Assembly (NCBI GenBank): GCA_964493095.1
Contig: CAZBNG010000001.1
Span: 22,600-86,599, forward strand
Direction of reading: 5' to 3'
Length of the DNA: 64,000 bases
From: an uncultured Pseudobdellovibrionaceae bacterium
GTDB taxonomy: Bacteria > Pseudomonadota > Alphaproteobacteria > Micavibrionales > Micavibrionaceae
Shown here: one piece after another, positions 28,288 to 37,562 of the stretch
Layout: the number at the start of each line of letters is the position of its first letter
Numbering within the stretch: position 1 is the stretch's first letter
Made by a program: the position numbers and the translations under genes
The notes under the pieces: model-generated
Databases searched by the model: none
What the model saw: only the letters and a program-made list of their open reading frames with translations
What the model was told of the DNA's origin: nothing

Positions 28288-29556
28288 TCAGCCGCGACAA
28301 TGTCTTAGAAACAATTGCACGAAAGCGGCTATCAGAAAGAACTCACCCAGCCACCAGCCCTGCCACAATCCGTACCCGGTAGCCGCCACGGAAAGGCTCG
28401 CTATAAAAACCGGCAAAGCGCACCGCGCAGCGGCGGCAGGCAGGCGACTGAAACGTTTCAGTAAATCGGCAAAAAATAAAACCGTAAAGGTAACGCCCAA
28501 AATCCCGAACTCTATCCATATCTGAAGAGCAAAATTATGCGGATGCAGGATATCAACTCCCTTTTGATATATCTGGGCAGTATCGAACGCCTTCACGGCG
28601 CGGGTGGCCTCAATCCCGAAACCGTAGAAAGGCTGCTGCAATGCATAGCGTGAAACGTAGTCCCATATTTCCAGCCGCTCGGCGGCATAACCGTTTTGCA
28701 GCCAGGGCGCGTCATGGAACGTGCCCGCCAGTTCCCTGAACGCATACTGGGAAATCCACGGCGCGGCGTAGAACGCCGCTGCAATGCCCAGCCCCAGCAA
28801 AACCCATGATACTTTGCAGCGATAGGGAAAAAACAATAAAAACAGCACGCCCAGAAGAAACGCAAGCTGCGCCGACTGGCTGCTGGTTTTGTAAATAATC
28901 GCACCGGCAAACAATATTAAGGCAGCCAGCACGGTCTTTTTTATCCGGCGGGAATAAGGGCCGTAATATAAAACGGGAAAGGCGCAAAACAAGGCAAGGA
29001 CAACGCACACTACGCTACGATTGAGATGGGAGAGATTAAACTCGTCCGTTATGGACTGCCCGTGAACAAGGTGATAAAGCGGCGCTTTAAAATAAAGCTC
29101 CCCGGTGAGAGCAACCGCCGCAACCAGGACGCCAAGCGGAAAAAGACGCGAAAAGTCTTCCCGCGCCTTTGGCCCGGCCGACTGCACCAGCCCGAGCAAA
29201 ATAATCCCCGGAACGAGTATGGGTATCATACGAAAAACCCGGTCCACGGCGATTTCGGGGTTAAGCGCCCAAAAAGCGCTGAGCCCGGCCAGAACCAGAA
29301 CGCCCAGAACCCAGAACAGGACCGGTCCGGACAAAGTCACCCGCCATGTCCGGCGGGCGGGAACGTAAAAACAAAAGCCGATGATCATTATAACGGCCGG
29401 CATCAATGCCATGGCACGCGGAGCGATAACTCCCAGCAAAGGGATGAAAGCAAGCATACCGACCATCAAACGGTTAAAACCGGTTTCACAGCAGGATACG
29501 GAGGCGGGAGATTTTTTTGCAGGGGCGGCGTTCATATTTTCTTGTATCGCGGTCAA
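28288..29556 (-). CDS. O-antigen ligase (WaaL/Wzy_C)-family polytopic membrane protein
   Basis: It has ~10 hydrophobic helices and the characteristic HPHNFALQIWIEFGILG motif. Confidence 0.7.
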   Translation of the reverse strand: MTAIQENMNAAPAKKSPASVSCCETGFNRLMVGMLAFIPLLGVIAPRAMALMPAVIMIIGFCFYVPARRTWRVTLSGPVLFWVLGVLVLAGLSAFWALNPEIAVDRVFRMIPILVPGIILLGLVQSAGPKAREDFSRLFPLGVLVAAVALTGELYFKAPLYHLVHGQSITDEFNLSHLNRSVVCVVLALFCAFPVLYYGPYSRRIKKTVLAALILFAGAIIYKTSSQSAQLAFLLGVLFLLFFPYRCKVSWVLLGLGIAAAFYAAPWISQYAFRELAGTFHDAPWLQNGYAAERLEIWDYVSRYALQQPFYGFGIEATRAVKAFDTAQIYQKGVDILHPHNFALQIWIEFGILGVTFTVLFFADLLKRFSRLPAAAARCALPVFIASLSVAATGYGLWQGWWLGEFFLIAAFVQLFLRHCRG

Positions 29557-29594
29557 AGCCGCGTTGCAAGCAGACGAACAGGCTTATTACGAAG

Positions 29595-29915
29595 TTATTC
29601 GCCGGAACGTTTGCGCACCAGATACGGGGAATTGTCTCCGCTCAGGCGCGGCGCACGAACGGTGGGACTGTTGGAATAATCACGTTTTTTACGCGGGGGT
29701 TCCTTCTCCATATCGGCAATCGACAACGATCCGCCCGCAGAAGGCTCATACTGCGAAAGGAAATCCGCAAACATATCGGGCGCATCCTGCAGGGCCGCAG
29801 GAGCCGTTTCAGAAAAACGGCGGCCAAACTCATCCGGCGCTGCCGCCAAAACCGGTCGCGCAGTTATAAGAATGCCTGCGAGAACAAACAGGAGAGCGGT
29901 AAGACGCAGTTTCAT
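29595..29915 (-). CDS. Small secreted hypothetical protein
   Basis: It has the signal peptide MKLRLTALLFVLAGILITARPVLAAAP and a GAGGAAGGA Shine-Dalgarno sequence upstream. Confidence 0.45.
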   Translation of the reverse strand: MKLRLTALLFVLAGILITARPVLAAAPDEFGRRFSETAPAALQDAPDMFADFLSQYEPSAGGSLSIADMEKEPPRKKRDYSNSPTVRAPRLSGDNSPYLVRKRSGE

Positions 29916-30020
29916 GACGGTTCCTTCCTCTTACAGTTTTAACAAAGATCGGAAGGGATGACAATTTTTACTTGAAATATGCACCCGTTCTTTATAGGTT
30001 TGCGCTCATCCTTCTTACGG

Positions 30021-30096
<76 letters not shown>

Positions 30097-30097
30097 A

Positions 30098-31102
30098 TCA
30101 TTCTTTTCTTGATTTTTTACGGTAAAGGGTCGAGGGCGACACGCCCAGCAGTCTGGCGGCGCGGGGAATATTTCCGCCGCAGGTTTTCACGGCTTTCTCG
30201 ATAATTTCCTGTTCCACCTCCCGCAGGGGGCGGATTTCCGAGGGTGAATCGAATCCCGAAAACCCCGCCGCGGCGGCAAGTCCCTGCCCCGCAGCCGGCA
30301 GCAAACGGGGAAGGGATTTAAAAGAAACCGGAAGCATGGATTTCGTTACTATGCCACCATCATGCATACGCACCACCTGGCCGATTACCGAGCGGAGCAT
30401 CGTCACGTTTCCCGGCCATTTATGGCTGCAGAAAAACGCCTCTGTTTCCGGGGTAAAGCCGCTAAAACTTTTCCCATATTTTTCAGCAAACTCATACAGG
30501 AAAAACTGGGCGATATCCAATATGTCTTCTCCCCGGCGGCGCAGGGGCGGCATATGAAGGGAAAAAACGCTCAACCGCGCATAAAACTCGTCTGAAATCC
30601 GCCCGGCATCAAGTTCTTTAAAAACATCCGCGCGGGTCGCGGCTATAAACTTTATTGCCTTAAAGTCCAGAGGAGGGCCAAACCCGGAAGAAGTTTCCCG
30701 TTGCAACAACCGCATAAAACGCTTTTGCAGAAAAAGGGGAAGAGCGGCGACTTCATCCAGAAATAACGTTCCACCATGCGCCAGAGAAGCCCAGTCCGCG
30801 GCGGGCATAATGTCTTCCCCTAAAACAGCTTTTGAAGCGTTGCCTGAAAAATTGCGGCAATCAATCCGCAGAAAGAATTTATTCGCATGATGACTCAAAC
30901 GGTGTAAAATCCGCGCACAAAGCGTTTTTCCCGTTCCCGGCTCGCCTGTTATAAAAACCGGAAAATCGGCGCGCGCAGCGCGTTCCACTTTTTCGTAAAC
31001 CGCCTGCATAAGGGGAGAGATACCTATAAAGCTGTGCTCGTAAGCGGTATCGTTTTGCAGACTCGCAAAGTCCTGCTTTTTTATCGTTGCTATACGCTCC
31101 AT
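30098..31102 (-). CDS. Sigma-54 activator (bEBP)-like AAA+ transcriptional regulator lacking a sensor domain and the GAFTGA loop
   Basis: Walker A is GEPGTGKT and Walker B is GGTLFLDEV. It also has WPGNV and a C-terminal Fis-type HTH (AARLLGVSPSTLYRK). The start is set at the ATG at 31102 (MERIATIKK). The stop lies 2 nt from the tRNA 3' end. Confidence 0.8.
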   Translation of the reverse strand: MERIATIKKQDFASLQNDTAYEHSFIGISPLMQAVYEKVERAARADFPVFITGEPGTGKTLCARILHRLSHHANKFFLRIDCRNFSGNASKAVLGEDIMPAADWASLAHGGTLFLDEVAALPLFLQKRFMRLLQRETSSGFGPPLDFKAIKFIAATRADVFKELDAGRISDEFYARLSVFSLHMPPLRRRGEDILDIAQFFLYEFAEKYGKSFSGFTPETEAFFCSHKWPGNVTMLRSVIGQVVRMHDGGIVTKSMLPVSFKSLPRLLPAAGQGLAAAAGFSGFDSPSEIRPLREVEQEIIEKAVKTCGGNIPRAARLLGVSPSTLYRKKSRKE

Positions 31103-31183
31103 CGCCACACAATAGCGCCGTCCCGATGAACCGGTACAGAAAAAACACCGGATCATTCCATGGTATTAAATCGCGCAGAGCGT

Positions 31184-31207
31184 AAAAAAAGCCCCGCAAA
31201 GCGGGGC
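31184..31207 (-). terminator. Rho-independent terminator downstream of the BI-1 family gene
   Basis: The stem is GCCCCGC-AAA-GCGGGGC (31191-31207). On the minus strand it is followed by a 7-nt U-tract (plus-strand A7 at 31184-31190). Confidence 0.6.
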
Positions 31208-31235
31208 TTAGGAAACCAGATTATTCAGCCGGACT

Positions 31236-31937
31236 TCAGCGCTGATTCATCAATTGCAGCACATGAATGAAAATAGCCACAAAACTGATATACAGATTAA
31301 GCGCGGAAGACCATGCCATGCGGCTATTCGCCTCTGTGCCGTGAGCGGCATTGTACATTTCTTTCGTGCGCTGCGTTTCAAAGGCCGTAATGCCGGAAAA
31401 CGCGAGGATCGCAACAACGGAAATAACCATCTGGACCTGGCTTGAGAAGCCGACAAACAGCCCGACTACACTGATGAGAAGCACGCCGAGAATCGCCATA
31501 ACGGCAAAGGTGCCCAGAGCCGTCAGATCCTTTTTGGTGGTATAACCATAAATGCTTAAGCCAGCAAACATACCGCCCGTTATAAAGAAGGCGCGAGCGA
31601 TAGATTCCCCGCTAAACGCCAGGGCGATCGTTGAAAAACTGATTCCGTACAGCACACTAACCGCTATAAACGAAGCCATCAGCTTGCCGGAGGACATCCG
31701 GACCGGATTAAAACCGAACCATACGATCGCCAGCGGCGCGAACATCACCAGATAGGCCTGCGGACCGCCCAGAAACAGCGACAGAAGCGCGGGTGAGCTG
31801 GCCACCAGCCATGCGGTAACAGCGGTCACGACAAGACCCAGCGTCATACGGTTATAAACGCTGCCCATGTGATTACGCAGGTCGGCATCGACTGCCGAAC
31901 CCGTGCGGGACTGCGGTATTGAATAACGATCAGACAT
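31236..31937 (-). CDS. Bax inhibitor-1/YccA-family membrane protein
   Basis: It has seven hydrophobic helices. The N-terminus (DADLRNHMGSVYNRMTLGL) and the C-terminal charged tail are typical of the family. Confidence 0.85.
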   Translation of the reverse strand: MSDRYSIPQSRTGSAVDADLRNHMGSVYNRMTLGLVVTAVTAWLVASSPALLSLFLGGPQAYLVMFAPLAIVWFGFNPVRMSSGKLMASFIAVSVLYGISFSTIALAFSGESIARAFFITGGMFAGLSIYGYTTKKDLTALGTFAVMAILGVLLISVVGLFVGFSSQVQMVISVVAILAFSGITAFETQRTKEMYNAAHGTEANSRMAWSSALNLYISFVAIFIHVLQLMNQR

Positions 31938-32093
31938 CGTTTGTTTCCTCCATTTGTTGAGGCATTAATTTACCCTGCCTATTATATAATCCTCATTTTA
32001 GCAGATTTCAAAGGAAACCGGAAAATTTCGCTCTTTTCCCTGTTACCTTCCACAACGCATTGAAACCCCCAATGATTATGCTACCTTAAGGCC

Positions 32094-33347
32094 ATGAGTC
32101 TGTTCACCTCCTCACAATTCGCCTCCTGCGCCGAAACAGGCACTGACTGGCGCGATACCTCCAAAAAGGTTCTGGAGCAGCTGGAAAGCGTGCGCACGGA
32201 GGGGGCGGATTTCAATTTCGGATTCCTTTATCTGTCGGATCTTCTGGCCTCTGATGCCACCAGCATTCTGAACCTGTTCCGCTCTGTTCTGAACATTGAA
32301 AACTGGGTGGGCTGCGTCGGGGTAGGGGTGTGCGGCACGGGCTCCGATCATATAGATGAGCCCGCCATCTCCGCCATGATCGGGCATTTCGATGCGGATA
32401 GCTTCTGCCTGTTCCCGCCGCGCGGGGAAGGTGCCGGGGAAGGCGATCCTGAAAAAACCAGCGGTCTTGAAACATGGCTTAACAAAAACGATCCCATGAT
32501 CATGCTGGTACACGGGGATCCGCTGGCGGAACAGGATCCGGCGCTCACACTCCAAAAAGTCTCAACGCTTACCAATGCTTTTCTCATAGGCGGCTTGTCC
32601 TCATCCCGTACGGAACACTTCCAGGTTGCCGGCGAACTCAAACGCGGCGCCCTGAGCGGCTGCATCTTTTCCCAGAATATTGCCGCCGCTACAGCGCTGT
32701 CGCAGGGATGCGCCCCTATCGGCCCCCTGCATACCATCACAAAAGGGGACGACCATATTATCGCCGGGCTCGACAATCTGAATGCCGTAGAGGTCTTCGA
32801 AGGCGATTTGCGCAGCATGACCATTAAAAAGATCGATAAGGATCCGGACGAAATCATCCTGGATAATCCAGACGAAATTCCTGAGGAGTTTCAAAGTCTT
32901 ATTCAGGGAGAAATCCATATTGCCTTCCCTGTCTCAGGGTCCGATCAGGAGGATTATCTCGTGCGCAATATCATCGGAATGGACCCGGATGAAGGCTCTT
33001 TGACCGTGGCGCAAAATGTTTTAAACGGGGAAAATGTCCTGTTCGTTAAACGCGACGATGACACGGTAAAAAGCGACCTTTCCCACACGCTGGTTAAATT
33101 GCGCGAACGGGTATTGCGGGAAACAGGAAGCTTCCAGCCCAAGGGCGCTATTTATATTTCCTGCGCCGCCAGGGCTTTTTCCAATTTCGGCGGCAATAAA
33201 AACAACCCGGCCGCAAAGGGCGGGGGAGAAATGGCGCTGGTGCGCGATATCATCGGCGATGTGCCGCTTGCCGGATTTTATGCCGGTGGCGAAATTTCAA
33301 ACGCCCGGCTGTATGGTTATACGGGAGTTTTGACCTTATTTCTTTAA
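32094..33347 (+). CDS. FIST-domain signal-transduction protein (uncertain)
   Basis: The size and the patterns FGFLYLSD...GCVGVGVCG and AGFYAGGEI resemble FIST_N/FIST_C proteins. The call is from memory. Confidence 0.5.
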   Translation: MSLFTSSQFASCAETGTDWRDTSKKVLEQLESVRTEGADFNFGFLYLSDLLASDATSILNLFRSVLNIENWVGCVGVGVCGTGSDHIDEPAISAMIGHFDADSFCLFPPRGEGAGEGDPEKTSGLETWLNKNDPMIMLVHGDPLAEQDPALTLQKVSTLTNAFLIGGLSSSRTEHFQVAGELKRGALSGCIFSQNIAAATALSQGCAPIGPLHTITKGDDHIIAGLDNLNAVEVFEGDLRSMTIKKIDKDPDEIILDNPDEIPEEFQSLIQGEIHIAFPVSGSDQEDYLVRNIIGMDPDEGSLTVAQNVLNGENVLFVKRDDDTVKSDLSHTLVKLRERVLRETGSFQPKGAIYISCAARAFSNFGGNKNNPAAKGGGEMALVRDIIGDVPLAGFYAGGEISNARLYGYTGVLTLFL

Positions 33348-33389
33348 ACGACTACAATTAAAAGATAGCTTGAAAAAGGAAGCGCCCAG

Positions 33390-34232
33390 ATGAAAAATTT
33401 AATCCTGTTTCTTGCCGCCGCGCTTATGCTGGCGGGCCTTGTCACAAGCGCCGCACGCGCACAGGATGCCTTGCCGCAACTGCCCGACCCGATTCAAAAC
33501 CTGGTTAATGACGGGGCGCAGATACGTTATCTGGGCAAGGACCACGGCTTCGACGCATGGCTGACCATTAAAAACGGCCAGGAACAATATTTTTACGTTC
33601 TGCCCGACCGCAGCGCTTTTGTTATGGGTGTTTTATTCGACGGCACGGGTAAAGCGGTAACGGTCCAGCAAGTACGACGTTTACAGCAGGAAGGCGATGA
33701 AATGCTCGACGCATTGGCTTCGGACACACCTTCGGCCAACAACGACACGGACGCCTTCGCCTTGAAATCCCCGGCTGAAAAACTGTTCAGCGATATCGAG
33801 GGCAGCAACTGGGTGCCTCTGGGCGCGGCCAACGCCCCCGTGGTTTACAGCTTTATCGACCCGCAATGCCCGCATTGCCATGCGTTTATTGACGACCTGC
33901 GCAAAACTTATCTGCCGGAAGGGCGCATACAGCTGCGCCTGATCCCGGTGGGGTTCCGCGAAGAAACGCTGGCGCAGGCCGCCTTTTTGTTGGCTGCGCC
34001 CGATCCGGGAGCGCGCTTTCTGCGTCATATGGACGGCGACGAAACAGCCCTGCCGGCGAGAAAGGACATCAATACGCAGGGCGTACAGCGTAATTTGTCT
34101 ATCATGCAGACATGGGGGCTGAACGTAACACCCTTGATTATATACCGTGACAAGGCGGGAGAGGTTAAGATTGTACGGGGACGCCCCAAGGACATAGCCG
34201 GCTTTATTGCCGATTTGCCGCCCGCCGGCTAG
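33390..34232 (+). CDS. Periplasmic thioredoxin-fold thiol:disulfide interchange protein (DsbC/DsbG-like)
   Basis: It has a signal peptide, an N-terminal dimerisation-like domain and the active site DPQCPHCHAF. Confidence 0.65.
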   Translation: MKNLILFLAAALMLAGLVTSAARAQDALPQLPDPIQNLVNDGAQIRYLGKDHGFDAWLTIKNGQEQYFYVLPDRSAFVMGVLFDGTGKAVTVQQVRRLQQEGDEMLDALASDTPSANNDTDAFALKSPAEKLFSDIEGSNWVPLGAANAPVVYSFIDPQCPHCHAFIDDLRKTYLPEGRIQLRLIPVGFREETLAQAAFLLAAPDPGARFLRHMDGDETALPARKDINTQGVQRNLSIMQTWGLNVTPLIIYRDKAGEVKIVRGRPKDIAGFIADLPPAG

Positions 34233-34361
34233 GAAAGCACGGAAATTGGCTTGTATCAGGCACTCATTCGCATTTATAATTGCGTTTGTCAGGGTTATGT
34301 TCCGCCTTTTTCCCCAAAGGGCCATATCATGGTTAAGCATCTTAAGTAGGTCAGTTTTTTA

Positions 34362-35570
34362 ATGGATCAGCGCGCGCAATATCTCATTCAGGTTATGGAG
34401 AAAATCGGCGCTCCCCTTATGAACGGGCTGGCGGGGAAAACCCCTGCGTCCGGGAACGAGCAGGACACGGCGCAAACCATTGCCGAACTGCTCTCCGCCT
34501 GCGTGAAGTTCGGTATCGATATCGGCAATATGATCGATATCAATAACGCCGGGCCCGAAGGCGACGATCTGCGCATTGCTTTAACGGCGCTTTCCAGTCC
34601 GCTGATCGCGCATTACTATAAGGAAGCCGGGCGTGTACCGTCCGAGGGGGACAGCAAAAAAATGATCGCCGCCCTGCAGGCCGTCATGACATTTTCGGAG
34701 AATTTCGCTCCCGATCACGACAATACGCAACGTCTTGAAAATATTTCCGTCAAAGCACTGGAAACCAATATTCACTACATCGATGCGCTTACCCCGGCCA
34801 TCAACGCCATCGCCTCTTTTGCTTTCGGGCAAAGCGAGACAAAACTTCTACTCGATATTTCAACGAAGCTCACACAAAACGCCTCCTCCTTAAGAAAGGC
34901 GCTGCTGGGAGAATCCCTGCCCGATGCCGATAAAAAAACGGCGGAGCTCGCCCTTTTACGTACTTTGTCGAGACTTTATGCCGATTGCCATAACTCAGAG
35001 GTAGCCAAAGTCATGGCCCTGAATGAAGAAGAGCGCATAAATGCCAGCATTTCCGTCGAAACGGTATGGAGCGCTTTTGAAACCCGCAGCGCCATGCTTC
35101 AGGCGCTGGCCGAAAACCTGGTGCCGAACGGAAGCGCAGCAACAGGTGCAGGAGCGGCTCCGGCAGCGCCCGCAGAGCCGGATTCCCCGCCACCTCAAAG
35201 CCCGGACGAAACTCCTGCACAAGCTCCGAAAACAGAGGTTCCGCCGCCGCAAACCACACAAAACCAGCCAGCCACTCCCGCGCCGGAACAAAAAGCCCCA
35301 CCGCCGCAAGACGCTAAAACCAACCCCATGAGCATGTTTGCCAAGCCTAAAACTACAGAGGCACCGCCATCTGAAACGCCTCCCGCTGCTCCTCCCACGG
35401 AAACGCCACCGCCGGAAACCCCGGCCACACCGCCTCCCGCCGAAACACCACCGGAAGAACCGCCATCGACAACACCGGAGGAAAATTCTGAAAAACCTGC
35501 GGATAAACCGGCGGGCAGCCCTATGTCTTTTTTCAAGTCCAAACCTAAAAAGGATGAGAACAATGATTAA
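34362..35570 (+). CDS. Hypothetical protein with a helical N-terminal half and an extremely Pro/Thr/Glu-rich C-terminal half
   Basis: From about residue 265 the sequence is APAAPAEPDSPPPQSPDETPAQAPKTEVPPPQ...ETPPAAPPTETPPPETPATPPPAETPPEEPPSTTPEE. No signal peptide is evident. Confidence 0.45.
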   Translation: MDQRAQYLIQVMEKIGAPLMNGLAGKTPASGNEQDTAQTIAELLSACVKFGIDIGNMIDINNAGPEGDDLRIALTALSSPLIAHYYKEAGRVPSEGDSKKMIAALQAVMTFSENFAPDHDNTQRLENISVKALETNIHYIDALTPAINAIASFAFGQSETKLLLDISTKLTQNASSLRKALLGESLPDADKKTAELALLRTLSRLYADCHNSEVAKVMALNEEERINASISVETVWSAFETRSAMLQALAENLVPNGSAATGAGAAPAAPAEPDSPPPQSPDETPAQAPKTEVPPPQTTQNQPATPAPEQKAPPPQDAKTNPMSMFAKPKTTEAPPSETPPAAPPTETPPPETPATPPPAETPPEEPPSTTPEENSEKPADKPAGSPMSFFKSKPKKDENND

Positions 35571-35593
35571 CCGTAAAAAACAGGATCAAAAGA

Positions 35594-36004
35594 ATGAGCG
35601 TTAAAGTTCTCGCCTCATGTCTGATACTCGCCGCCCAGACATACTCTGTGCCCCCGGCGGTTCTGGTGGGCATTTATAAAGCCGAGGGCGGCAAAATCGG
35701 TCAGGAAGTGCCCAACAGCAACGGAACCTACGATCTTGGCCCTATGCAGATCAATACGCTATGGCTTCCCGAGCTTTCCCGGCACTGGGGGGTAAGCGAG
35801 GAAACCGCCCGTAAATGGGTTCGTGACGACGCCTGCACCAACACGGGCGTGGCCGCCTGGATTCTACGGACACACCTTGATGAAACCCAGAGCTTGTCCA
35901 AGGCAATCAGCTATTATCACTCCCGCACCCCGCAATACGGCGAGCGTTATAAAAAGCGGGTTATCGCACTGATGAAAAAAAGCGGGCTGGTGAAAACACG
36001 CTAG
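35594..36004 (+). CDS. SLT-domain lytic transglycosylase (conjugation/T4SS-associated type)
   Basis: It has the catalytic-Glu context YKAEGG and then NSNGTYDLGPMQIN, resembling TrbN-like specialised transglycosylases. Confidence 0.75.
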   Translation: MSVKVLASCLILAAQTYSVPPAVLVGIYKAEGGKIGQEVPNSNGTYDLGPMQINTLWLPELSRHWGVSEETARKWVRDDACTNTGVAAWILRTHLDETQSLSKAISYYHSRTPQYGERYKKRVIALMKKSGLVKTR

Positions 36005-36139
36005 AAATTTTCCCAAAAACGCCTTCCCTCCTGAAAATTCCACATAAACGCCCGAATATCCACAATTATACACATAAGCACGGGGACAGTTTCGATTGTT
36101 ATCTTGCGGCGGTTTGCGGGGGTGATTAATCTGGACCCT

Positions 36140-36169
36140 ATAGATCTATCTTCTAGCTTGGATATATCC
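36140..36169. promoter_or_regulatory. Two perfect 10-bp palindromes (ATAGATCTAT and GGATATATCC) immediately upstream of dotD
   Basis: ATAGATCTAT is at 36140-36149 and GGATATATCC is at 36160-36169. The dotD ATG is at 36171. Confidence 0.25.
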
Positions 36170-36170
36170 C

Positions 36171-36695
36171 ATGGCGTCCAAACGCGCGGCACATAAAGTA
36201 TTTTTTACAGGCCTGATGTTCGCCCTGTCTTTAGGGCTTGCTGGCTGTGGATCCGTGCCTGACCATTTCAGCAATAAATCGCCGCAAATTGTAGCATCCC
36301 CCGACAAAGTGTCCTCGATGCTTGCGGAGGCCGCAGACCGCGCCTCGGACGCGCTGGAAAAGCTGGCCGCGGTTGAATACGGCAGGAGTCCGGGCATAGC
36401 CGTTGCCCCGATCGCCAACGCCCCGCGGGAGCTGCGCCGCGCGATTACCGTGAACTGGGTAGGGCCGGTGGAGCCAATAACAAAAACGCTCGCCGACCGT
36501 GCCAGCTACCGTTTCCTGACCGTGGGCGCAACACCGCCGACGCCAATCGTTATTTCACTGGACGTTGAAAATATGCCGGTTGTAGACGTTCTGCGCGATA
36601 TTGGCCTGCAACTGGGTGAACGTGCCGATATTCGCGTCGATGCGGAAAGCCGTACCGTGGAAATTCACTATCCCACGAACGGGCAGGAGGGTTAG
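36171..36695 (+). CDS. dotD: T4BSS outer-membrane lipoprotein DotD (IncI TraH-like)
   Basis: It has the lipobox LAGCGS. The C-terminal N0-like domain (ITVNWVGPVEPITKTLADRASYRF...VVDVLRDIGLQLGERADIRV) matches my recollection of DotD. It sits in dotD-dotC-dotB synteny. Confidence 0.8.
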   Translation: MASKRAAHKVFFTGLMFALSLGLAGCGSVPDHFSNKSPQIVASPDKVSSMLAEAADRASDALEKLAAVEYGRSPGIAVAPIANAPRELRRAITVNWVGPVEPITKTLADRASYRFLTVGATPPTPIVISLDVENMPVVDVLRDIGLQLGERADIRVDAESRTVEIHYPTNGQEG

Positions 36696-36698
36696 GGA

Positions 36699-37562
36699 AT
36701 GTCTCCGCTTACCCTGAAGCAGAAACAATTTACGCTTCTGGCCGTATTGTTTGCCGTTTGTGCGGTTTTTACCTTTCCCAGCTACGCCCAGCTTGGCCTT
36801 ACCGACGATGCGCCGCCGCACGAACCCCCTTCACTGGAACAGCTTAAGCATCTGGAACGTGACAACCAGACCGTATCCGATACCAATAAACTTCCTTTCG
36901 ACATCCGCGAAGATGCCCTTCGCGAAGCCGCCATTTCCTACGGCGCGCGCGGCGGACTGGCCAAACGCACCTTTGAGATCCGCCGGGAGCTGGCGAGCCG
37001 GGGGCGCTACCTCGATAAGGTCTTTGATTTCCGCCAGTTACTGATCCCCGCCCCTTCGGGCCTGTTGATCGAACCGCCAATTATTTCCGAATCGATTAAC
37101 GCCATGCTGATTGATACCGGGGGACAGCAAGCCGCCGTATCCGACCGGATTTACAATATCATCAGCAACGCCAAGATCACCTCCACGGCCCGCACCTGGC
37201 ATACATACCTTGAGCGTGAATGGAGCGCCGTCGAGCCTCCCCCCGATATCCTGCGTCCCGAAAACGCTGAAGAGCGGGCGCTCTGGGAGAAAAAAGTCGA
37301 AGAGGGGTGGCAAAAAGGTTACGAACAGGCCAATGAAATCTTTGCCGACGACCTGAACAGGCTCGTTGCCGACTTCATGGGCATGATCCGCTATCGTACC
37401 CTGCTGTCACAGGGTATGATTTCCGCGCCTTACGCGCTGCAGGTAGACCGGGGCATCACGGGTGACGGTAATGAAATGCGCATAGGCGACCGCGCCGTGG
37501 AAATCACAGGCGTACCAACTCTCATTACAGAGGCTAATCAATGGCAACCCGCAAACCGGTAA
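36699..37562 (+). CDS. dotC: T4BSS outer-membrane-complex lipoprotein DotC (IncI TraI-like)
   Basis: It has a signal sequence and the conserved-looking block AISYGARGGLAKRTFEIRRELASRGRYLDKVFDFRQLLI. Its position is between dotD and dotB. Confidence 0.78.
   Translation: MSPLTLKQKQFTLLAVLFAVCAVFTFPSYAQLGLTDDAPPHEPPSLEQLKHLERDNQTVSDTNKLPFDIREDALREAAISYGARGGLAKRTFEIRRELASRGRYLDKVFDFRQLLIPAPSGLLIEPPIISESINAMLIDTGGQQAAVSDRIYNIISNAKITSTARTWHTYLEREWSAVEPPPDILRPENAEERALWEKKVEEGWQKGYEQANEIFADDLNRLVADFMGMIRYRTLLSQGMISAPYALQVDRGITGDGNEMRIGDRAVEITGVPTLITEANQWQPANR

Noticed and set aside
29026..29942. Plus-strand ORFs (217, 162 and 141 aa) over the O-antigen-ligase-family gene and its small secreted neighbour
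   Set aside because: These are basic, low-complexity translations. The minus-strand genes have TM, signal and RBS support.
33681..34340. A 219-aa ORF antisense to the DsbC-like gene
   Set aside because: The sense gene has a signal peptide and a CPHC active site, while the antisense has no features.
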